Source: Octopus sinensis (taxonomy: Eukaryota). From it: a DNA stretch of 7,018 nt. The first letter of the stretch is position 1. Each line of letters opens with the position of its first letter. The notes under the pieces were generated by a model. That model did no database searches and had not been told where the DNA came from. It was given only the letters and a program-made list of their open reading frames with translations. This document shows positions 1 through 6,494 of the stretch, in pieces. Made by a program: the position numbers and the translations under genes. The DNA is taken from NCBI RefSeq assembly GCF_006345805.1, contig NW_021829136.1, forward strand, positions 1 through 7,018. The letters are read 5' to 3'.

Positions 1-69
1 TATGAACACACATGCATGCCCACATAAGTGTGCATTGCATTTGTGTCTACATGTGCATGTTTTTCTCCT

Positions 70-283
70 CATTGCCATCATTTCATGTCCACTTACCATG
101 CTGGCCATGGGTTGAACAATTTGACAAGATTCAAAGAACTACAGGGCTGCATCATATGCCACGTCAGCTTTGACATTTTTTTTTTTTTTTTTGTGGCTGG
201 TTACCCTTCCTAACATCAACAGTTTTACAGAGCATGCTGGGTGCTTTTATCATGCTGCCAGCACCAGCACCAGTGAGGTTACC
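70..283 (-). mobile_element. Degenerate fragment of RTE-related SINE/non-autonomous retroelement (family C in this window)
   Basis: Collinear with 2231-2420: catcatttcatgtcc..ccatgctggccatgggttgaac vs catcgtttaacgtcc..ccatgctagcacgggttggac; ggctggttacccttcctaacatcaac vs ggctggatgcccttcctaacgccaac; gggtgctttt. Assignment to the RTE 5'UTR-derived group is from recall. Confidence 0.75.
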
Positions 284-414
284 AAATAACTCCAGCACCA
301 AACAAGACTCCCACCAAAACATGTTGAATATGGAGTCATTAAGCCGAGCCAAATGATCAGTGTCGAAACAGCTGTGCCCAGTGGTCTCATTCTGAGTAGT
401 ATAGTATTTCCTTG

Positions 415-462
415 AGTGGTACATGATAACGTCCAGTGGTACATGATAATGTCCAGTGGTAC
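415..462. repeat. 20-bp tandem repeat, 2.4 copies (AGTGGTACATGATAAYGTCC)
   Basis: 415-434 and 435-454 differ at one base; partial third copy AGTGGTAC at 455-462. Confidence 0.9.
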
Positions 463-640
463 TGAAGTTTGGTGATACAGTGCTATAGATTCAGGGATGA
501 AGTGCATACTTCATTTCTTTTGCTGTCTTCGATTTTTGAAGCACAGTCATGCTGGAGCATAAGCCTGAAGGTTTCAGTCAACAACATCAACCCCCGTATA
601 CCATACATACACAAATGCTAAGCAATCTCAAAAACATGAC

Positions 641-912
641 CCATCACCACCACCGCCACTGCCACTACCACCACCACCACCACCACTGCCACTGCCACTA
701 CCACCACCACCACCACCATCACCACTACCACTGCCACTACCACCACCACCACTGCCACCACTGCCACTACCACCACCACCACCACCACTGCCACAACACC
801 ACCACCACCACCACTGCCACTACCAGCACCACCACCACCACCAACACCACCACCACTGCCACTACCAGCACCACCACCACCACCACTACCACCACCACCA
901 TCACCACCACCA
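641..912. repeat. Imperfect (CAC)n trinucleotide tract with recurring CACTGC/CACTAC interruptions
   Basis: Read directly from the sequence. It accounts for the poly-His/Thr ORF 549-959 and the poly-Gly/Val ORF 618-1040. Confidence 0.95.
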
Positions 913-1075
913 ACATCATGACAATCACCACCAACTGTTATTGCTGGATACATGTATAACCACAGAGTTTCTAGAATTTTCATTGAAATAATTGAGGAAA
1001 CACTGTATTCTGAATCCACCATCAAAAGAACTGCCATCAACTTACTGCAAGCTTAAAACTGTTTTTGATATTAAA
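905..1075 (+). repeat. Degenerate ~115-bp repeat family, copy 1
   Basis: Core CTAGAATTTTCATTGAAATAATTGAGGAAACACTGT at 971-1006, shared with copies anchored at 1505, 1620, 1984, 2655 and 2732. Confidence 0.85.
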
Positions 1076-1441
1076 CTAGCACTATGACCCGGTGTTGCCG
1101 GGTCATAGTGCTAGAGCATGCATATACAGCTGCGTGCATGCGCACATACACGCGAGTACTGTCCAAATCTCTGACCAATCACATACAGCTAGCTGGCATT
1201 CAATTGGCGTATCAAGTTTCAGGCATTTTGATTGGGTTTTGGATAGAAAATTCACAAAAAAATTACTTCTATTGATTTTTTAATGGCTTTATGGGGTGAC
1301 TGGGGAAATGTAAAGATGTGCACGACCACCCTTGGACGGTTTTGAATGATCATAGAAAGTGTGAGCCTTCTAACTGAAAAATTGTGGATTTGTATAAAGG
1401 ACACATACACAGACATTTTGCCGTTTATATATAGAGAGAGA
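1076..1441 (-). mobile_element. Non-autonomous Helitron-like element (366 bp)
   Basis: On the minus strand it begins A|TCTCTCTCTATATATAAACGGC (5' TC after a host A) and ends CTAG|T. It carries a perfect 17-bp stem (1076-1092 / 1098-1114, loop TGTTG) at the 3' end. There is no TSD and it sits at an AT dinucleotide, matching the canonical Helitron termini (5'-TC ... hairpin-CTRR-3'). Confidence 0.8.
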
Positions 1442-1469
1442 TATAGCCTGTTACCATTGTTGCTGTTGG

Positions 1470-1717
1470 CTATGGCTATAACTGCTATGTTTCTAGAACT
1501 TTATTTCATTAAAATATTTGTGGCAAAGCTGTGACTTGAACTCAATACTACCAGCTTCACAACAACCACTACCAGCTGTTACTGCCGGCAACAAATATAA
1601 AAGTAGTGTTACAAGAATTTTCATTGAAATAATTGAGGAAAAACTGTTGTTTGAACCCAACATTACCAGCATCAGGAAACACACCATCAACTATTACGGC
1701 TGGTTATAACTGTTTAA
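1470..1717 (+). repeat. ~115-bp repeat family, two tandem copies
   Basis: TTCATT(G/A)AAATA(A/T)TTG anchors at 1505 and 1620 (period 115), each followed by GAAC(T/C)CAA(T/C)A(C/T)TACCAGC. Confidence 0.85.
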
Positions 1718-1866
1718 TTTCAACTGTAATCAAAATTTCATCTATGATCAAAGAGATTCCCACTCCAGCTCTATGTAATTCTTTTGTACGCTTGATAAAG
1801 CTGCCAAGTCTCCCTGAGGTCACACACAACTATCTTAAAAGACAAATGACGCAGGGAAAATATTGT
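1718..1866. repeat. Segment D, copy 1 (paralog of 3537-3685)
   Basis: Aligns by eye at roughly 70% with 3537-3685 (ATCAAAGAG, CTCTAT..AATTCTTT.GTA.GCTTGA, CAAGTCTCCCT, GGAAAAT). Confidence 0.75.
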
Positions 1867-2062
1867 TTAAGATAAACTGTTCTGAGTAAAACACAACAGG
1901 AAGTTGCCACATGGATGGAATATCTTTGTTTGTAAGTCTGTCTGCAGCAAATATCCAGAATAATCTATTTGATCTTCTATTTGTTCATTCAAATAATCAA
2001 GGCAAAATTTTAATCTGAACCCAGTACTAGCAGCATCATGACAACTGCCATCAACTGTTACT

Positions 2063-2608
2063 TATTTTTTTACTACCCACAAGGGACTAAACATAGAGGG
2101 GACAAACAAGGACAGACAAAGGTATTAAGTTGATTACATCGACCCCAGTGCGTAACTGGTACTTAATTTATCGACCCCGAAAGGATGAAAGGCAAAGTCG
2201 ACCTCAGCAGAATTTGAACTCACAACACAACATCATCATCATCATCATCGTTTAACGTCCGTTTTCCATGCTAGCACGGGTTGGACGGTTCGACCGGGGT
2301 CTGGGAAGCCAGAGGCTGTTCCAGGCTCCAGTCTGATCTGGCAGAGTTTCTACGGCTGGATGCCCTTCCTAACGCCAACCAATCCGCGAGTGTAGTGGGT
2401 GCTTTTTACGTGCCACCTGCACAGGTGCCAGGGGGGGTGGTCCGGCATCGGCCATGATCGGTTGGAGCTTTTAACATGTCAGCGGCACAGAAGCCAGCCA
2501 AGGCAGCGCTGGCAACGGCCACGTTCGGATGGTGCTTTTTATGTGCCAGACAAAATACCGCTAAGCATTTCTCCCGGCGCGCTAACAGTTCTGCCAGCTC
2601 GCCACCTT
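2063..2608 (-). mobile_element. tRNA-derived SINE (family B), full length, with 10-bp target-site duplication, split by a nested insertion
   Basis: TSD AACTGTTACT at 2053-2062 and 2609-2618. The 5' head AAGGTGGCGAGCTGGCAGAACTGTTAG (A-box-like, 2582-2608) and B-box-like GTTCAAATTC (2210-2219) are on the minus strand. The body GCCTTTCATCCTTTCGGGGTCGATAAATTAAGTACC resembles a conserved metazoan SINE central domain (recall). The tail is A-rich. Confidence 0.88.
2231..2548 (-). mobile_element. RTE-related SINE/bipartite non-autonomous retroelement (family C), 5'-truncated, (GAT)n tail
   Basis: The (CAT)n tract at 2231-2249 is the 3' tail on the minus strand. It contains GGTTGGCGTTAGGAAGGGCATCCAGCCGTAG and GGCACGTAAAAAGCAC motifs that I recall from RTE 5'UTR-derived SINE bodies. 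Homologous fragments lie at 70-283 and 6898-7018. Confidence 0.8.
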
Positions 2609-2822
2609 AACTGTTACTGCTGACTACAACTGTAACTACCAAGTTACTAGAACTTTCACTGAAATAATTGAGGCAAAACTGTTATTTGAACACAATACTA
2701 GCAGCGACTGTAACTGCTGAGGTACTAGAATTTCATTGAAATAATCCAGTCAAAACTGGAATGTTAACTCAACATGACCAGCATCCAACTTTAATCTGTT
2801 GCTGCTGACTACAACTGTTTAA

Positions 2823-3213
2823 CTCTTTTCAAACCAATTCACCTGAAACGGCCTTTGGTTCTATCATAAAATTTCTCTCTTCTAAAATTATCAAAATTAA
2901 AACCTTCCATCAATATTTCATGTTAATTTATGCTTCAAACACCAATTTAATAATGACAAATTTATTTTCATAAATTCTCCATTTTTTTCAAAATTTACTG
3001 AAACAAAAGCAGTGTATTTCAACAGAAATATGTTAACAGAAATATGGCTTAGGAGTGGCTGTGTGGTAAGTAGCTTGCTTACCTACCACATGATTCCAGG
3101 TTCAGTCCCACTGTATGACACCTTGGGCAAGTGTCTTCTACTATAGCCTCGGGCCAACCAAAGCCTTGTGAGTGGATTTGGTAAACGGAAACTGAAAGAA
3201 GCCTGTTGTATAG

Positions 3214-3278
<65 letters not shown>

Positions 3279-3532
3279 TGTGTGGGTGTGTGTGTGTGTA
3301 CATGTTTGTTTGTTTGTGTTTGTCCCTCCAACGACGCTTGACAACCAATGCTGGTGTGTTTACATCCCCGTACCTTAGCGGTTCAGCAAAAGAGACCAAT
3401 AGAATAAGTACTAGGCTTACAAAGTATAAGTTCTGGGGTCGATTTGCTCGACTAAAAGTGGTGCTCCAGTATGGCCACAGTCAAATGACTGAAACAAGTA
3501 AAAGAGTAAAAGAGTAAAAAGTAAGAAAAAGA
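2823..3532. mobile_element. piggyBac-like MITE inserted at TTAA, interrupted near its right end by SINE 3046-3520
   Basis: Left flank TTAA at 2819-2822 and right flank TTCA at 3533-3536 (decayed TSD). Termini CTCTTTTCAAAC and rc(GTAAGAAAAAGA)=TCTTTTTCTTAC are a weak TIR match (7/12). The empty site is seen in the paralog at 1714-1717. Confidence 0.7.
3046..3520 (+). mobile_element. Full-length tRNA/CORE-type SINE (family A; octopus-type) with internal (TA)n(TG)n and (GTAAAAGA)n tail
   Basis: A-box TGGCTGTGTGG at 3056-3066, B-box GGTTCAGTCCC at 3099-3109, CORE-like CACCTTGGGCAAGTGTCTT, microsatellite at about 3216-3300, and an octamer-repeat tail at 3498-3520. A second copy is inverted at 4864-5211. 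Confidence 0.9.
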
Positions 3533-3536
3533 TTCA

Positions 3537-3685
3537 TTTAACTGTAGACAAAAATTCCCCCACAATCAAAGAGTTCACAACCCCAACTCTATACAATTCT
3601 TTGGTATGCTTGAAGTAGCAGTCAAGTCTCCCTTAAATCACATACTACCATTATAACAGAGGAAGGATTCACTGGAAAATGTAGT
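3537..3685. repeat. Segment D, copy 2 (paralog of 1718-1866)
   Basis: Same alignment as copy 1, and both follow the same repeat end ACAACTGTTTAA / ATAACTGTTTAA once the MITE is removed. Confidence 0.75.
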
Positions 3686-4075
3686 CACCAGAACTCTCCC
3701 TTTGGATGAACGACTTCAATGGAATTATTGTCCCCATCGAACCGAGAAATTTCTATTAAGATTTGGAAGAAAAGGAAATGGAAAGCAAACACCCATGAGA
3801 AAATAAAACACTTTGGAAACGTGAGAGGAAGGCAGCAATGGAGATGAAAAAAATAGGAGAAAGATGATTGGATAAATGATATTGTTCTTCGAGTTGCGTA
3901 GCGGATTTATTGGAGAGAATCGTGGAGTTCGGATTATTTTTGCAACTCAGTTGTGCTTCTTCATCTCAAATTGGTTAGAAGAGATAAAAATCAATTTATT
4001 CGCACAGGGAGTATTGATTGGAAGCTAATAAAAGAACAGACATGCACCCACACAACATGTGTGGGTGTTGTTTAT

Positions 4076-4204
4076 GATATACATATTATATATATATATA
4101 ATATATATATATATATAGTAAATATATAATATATATATATATATGTATGTATATATAATATATATATATATATATATGTATATATAATATGATATATATA
4201 TATG

Positions 4205-4258
<54 letters not shown>

Positions 4259-4404
4259 TATATATATATATACACACACACATATATATATATATATTAT
4301 AACACACACACATATATATATATATGTGTATATATATACACACACATATATATATCTATATATCTCTATTTATATATATATACATATATATACATATATA
4401 TATA

Positions 4405-4456
<52 letters not shown>

Positions 4457-4500
4457 AATAGAGATATATAGATATAGATACAGATATAGATACATATATG
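4076..4500. repeat. Compound (TA)n/(CA)n/(TAGA)-like microsatellite field
   Basis: Read directly from the sequence. It accounts for the YIYI/THTH/CVCV ORFs between 4025 and 4625. Confidence 0.95.
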
Positions 4501-4597
4501 TAATATATCTGGGTGATATATATATGTGTATCAATTGTGTAGGTGGGTGTATGCATGCACATATGTACACACCCACATATATGCATTATACACATGT

Positions 4598-4628
4598 GTA
4601 CACACACACACAGACACACACACACACA
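4598..4628. repeat. (CA)n microsatellite
   Basis: Read directly from the sequence. Confidence 0.9.
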
Positions 4629-4863
4629 GATTCATATTTAGTGTTTATAGTTGTCTGTTCAATTATTAGTGGTATCAACAAAGTATTCCATCCACCAAGA
4701 GATGAATATCATTTAACAAATGGTGCATTTAAATGTGGGCGACTACAAGTTTGATGTTCTGATAATACACAGCACACCAAACCACCTCATCCAACTACAT
4801 ATAAATATGGATATGTGTGTCTGTATATATATATATATATATTATATATATATATATATATAT

Positions 4864-5211
4864 ACTCTTTACTCTTTTACTCTTTTACTTGTTTCAGTCA
4901 TTTGACTGCGGCCATGCTGGAGCACCGTCTTTTAGTCGAGAAAATCGACCCCGGGACTTATTCTTTGTAAGCCCAGTACTTATTTTATCGGTTGTCAAGC
5001 AATGCTAGGGGGACAAACACAGACACACAAACACATACACACACACATATATATATACATATATACGACAGGCTTCTTTCAGGTTCCGTCTACCAAATCC
5101 ACTCACAAGGCATTGGTAGAAGACACTTGCCCAAGATGCCACGCAGTGGGACTGAACCCGGAACCATGTGATTGGTTAGCAAGCTACTTACCACACAGCC
5201 ACTCCTGCGCC
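4864..5211 (-). mobile_element. Family A SINE, second copy, with two internal deletions, inserted in a (TA)n tract
   Basis: Reverse-complement match to 3046-3520 from the head (GGCGCAGGAGTGGCTGTGTGG, ending at 5211) to the tail (ACTCTTTT)n at 4864-4889. It lacks 51 bp and 17 bp relative to copy 1 and is flanked by (TA)n on both sides. Confidence 0.9.
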
Positions 5212-5324
5212 TATATATGTATATAAGTTCAGCAACTTTAGATTCAGATGAATATAGTACTTAAGTCAAAGACATACAGAATTTTGTATGGTATTATCCA
5301 TATAAATCCATGGGGTGATTACAA

Positions 5325-5700
5325 TTAAAATAAGTAACAAGTATATCCAAGGTAATGTGGTACGATCGTTTCATACTACTTCATTTTATTAAACACTGTA
5401 AGCATTACATCAGTTTTAAAATGTCGAGCAATCTACAGCCACCTATAGAAATTTTTGAATCAAACGGACAATGCACATTCTTATCCCTATCTCTGTCTTT
5501 TATATCTACCCTCTTTATAATGTTGTCAAATGAAATAGGGATAAGAATGTGCATTGTCCGTTTGATTGGGAAATTTCTATATGTAGCTGAAGATTGCTCG
5601 ACATTTTAAAACTGATGTAATGCTTACAGTGTTTAATAAAATGAAGTAGCACGAAACGATCGTACCACATTACCTCGGATATACTTGTTGCTTATTTTAA
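5325..5700. mobile_element. Foldback element/MITE with 166-bp terminal inverted repeats bounded by TTAA
   Basis: Arms 5325-5490 and 5535-5700 have no indels and 10 mismatches (94%). The spacer is 44 nt. Both ends carry TTAA followed by AATAAG. Confidence 0.88.
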
Positions 5701-5978
5701 ATATATATATATATATATACTGTCAGTAGAAACACAAATCCAAAGAAGAAGTATGCTCTAAGTTATAGGGCAGTTTATAATATGAATTAAGTTAGATCTA
5801 TCACTACAGAGGCTTTGAACAAGTAAATGAATACAAAAAAATACGTGACATCTCAACGCTTCTAAAGCAAACTTCGCTTGTTTGCTTACATTCATCGTTA
5901 TTTGAATCTAACGTATGATAGTGTCTCGTAAAATGAGATTTCTATATATCTTAAATTTGCGGAAGAATTTGTGGTGTG

Positions 5979-6053
5979 GATGGTTTAGATTAATAGTGCA
6001 GAGCACCGTGACATGTAATCACGGAGGTGTGAGTTCAAGTTTCATACCCGGCC
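5979..6053 (+). pseudogene. Degenerate tRNA-Thr(TGT)-like sequence (tRNA pseudogene or tRNA-derived element head)
   Basis: Anticodon arm CCGTGA-CATGTAA-TCACGG, T arm GTGAG-TTCAAGT-TTCAT, D-arm remnant TAGATT..AGAGC and 3' acceptor strand ACCCGGC. The acceptor stem has 2 mismatches and 1 wobble, U33 is replaced by A, and the D stem is disrupted. Confidence 0.65.
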
Positions 6054-6061
6054 GCCAACAC

Positions 6062-6067
6062 TTTTTT
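6062..6067 (+). terminator. Pol III-type oligo(T) terminator candidate downstream of the tRNA-like sequence
   Basis: T6 run 8 nt after the tRNA-like 3' end. Confidence 0.45.
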
Positions 6068-6229
6068 CTGCAAAATAGGGGTGGCTTATCCTGTTCAGGC
6101 TATATTATTAGCATCATCCCGCGTTTGAGAATTTAAAATCACTTCTTTAACTTTCTAAGACATCTCAACGCTTCTAAAGCAAACATCATTTGTTTGTTTA
6201 CGTTCATCGTAATTTGAATTATATATATA

Positions 6230-6460
6230 CATATATACATATTTAAGTCCAAGACTGTGAAATATTTCAGAACATTTATATATAGGTCTTACAGCTGTTT
6301 CCAGGATATTTTATATATCCCTTCATCGGAGACGGTGTGAGAGAATGGTTAAGCAATAGTTATTATAGAGAAAATATGAAACAGAGAGTGAAGCGGAGGA
6401 ATGAAAATAGACGTGAGATATGCAGGGATATTGTATCTATTTTCATTATTTAGGCAGAAT

Positions 6461-6462
<2 letters not shown>
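6230..6462 (-). mobile_element. Probable Penelope-like element terminal (pLTR/3') fragment carrying the hammerhead
   Basis: Inferred from the minimal hammerhead and the pyrimidine-rich upstream tract on the minus strand. It is bounded by (TA)n on both sides, and no RT or GIY-YIG coding sequence is visible. Confidence 0.4.
6286..6333 (-). ncRNA. Degenerate minimal type I hammerhead ribozyme motif (Penelope-like element type)
   Basis: Minus strand: GTCT-CCGATGA-AGGGATAT-ATAAA-ATATCCTG-GAAA-C-AGCT-G-TA-AGAC. Stem I is 4 bp (GTCT/AGAC), stem II is 6-7 bp, stem III is 2 bp with a palindromic AGCT loop, and the cleavage triplet is GUA. Deviations are U4C in CUGAUGA and an A-G mismatch closing stem II. 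Confidence 0.65.

Positions 6463-6494
<32 letters not shown>

Larger units (their letters stand above)
1975..2822 (+). repeat. ~115-bp repeat family, three further copies, interrupted by the SINE at 2063-2608
   Basis: Anchors at 1984, 2655 and 2732. The 1984-2655 spacing is 671, and 671 minus the 556-bp insertion plus TSD is 115. The 2655-2732 spacing is 77 (internally deleted unit). Confidence 0.8.
5847..6219 (+). repeat. 61-bp direct repeats (5847-5907, 6159-6219) defining a 312-bp unit present as about 1.2 copies
   Basis: The first 26 nt are identical (GACATCTCAACGCTTCTAAAGCAAAC), with 6 mismatches over 61 nt. The second copy ends at a (TA)n tract. Confidence 0.88.

Noticed and set aside
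350-380. CAAATGA...GAAACAGCTGT resembling a second hammerhead core
   Set aside because: There are two core mismatches, no pairable stem II or stem I, and a non-cleavable GUG triplet.
415-462. CRISPR-like repeat
   Set aside because: The units are contiguous with no spacers, the context is eukaryotic, and there are no cas genes.
549-1040. His/Cys/Thr-rich ORF (549-959 +) and Gly/Val-rich ORF (618-1040 -) resembling metal-binding or glycine-rich proteins
   Set aside because: Both are translations of the (CAC)n tract, which has no stops in these frames. The flanking parts are the non-coding 115-bp repeat.
971-2705. Repeated peptide-like motif (T/S)RIFIEIIEE(K/T)L suggesting a repeat-protein exon series
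   Set aside because: Copies differ by frameshifts (1490-1510, 2732 region), stops and nonsynonymous changes with no third-position bias, and lack consistent splice sites.
3021-3046. 12-bp duplication AACAGAAATATG next to the SINE A 5' end as a TSD
   Set aside because: Both copies lie on the same side of the SINE, so it is a local tandem duplication rather than a flanking TSD.
3690-4030. Unique purine-rich segment with a 50-codon ORF (MILFFELRSG...)
   Set aside because: It has no recognisable homology, splice signals or termini, so it is left unannotated.
4628-4810. Unique segment tested as an exon on both strands
   Set aside because: No convincing acceptor/donor pair encloses an open frame, and no peptide is recognisable.
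3079-5226. ORFs with YIYI/THTH/CVCV runs
   Set aside because: They are dinucleotide microsatellite translations, partly within SINEs.
5260-5273. Similarity of CTTAAGTCAAAGAC to TTTAAGTCCAAGAC at 6242-6255
   Set aside because: The match is too short and does not extend, so it may be chance.
5355-5609. 84-aa ORF
   Set aside because: It lies within the foldback arms and spacer and has no recognisable domain.
5847-6219. LTR/TRIM interpretation of the 61-bp direct repeats
   Set aside because: There are no TG...CA termini on both copies, no TSD, and no clear PBS or PPT.
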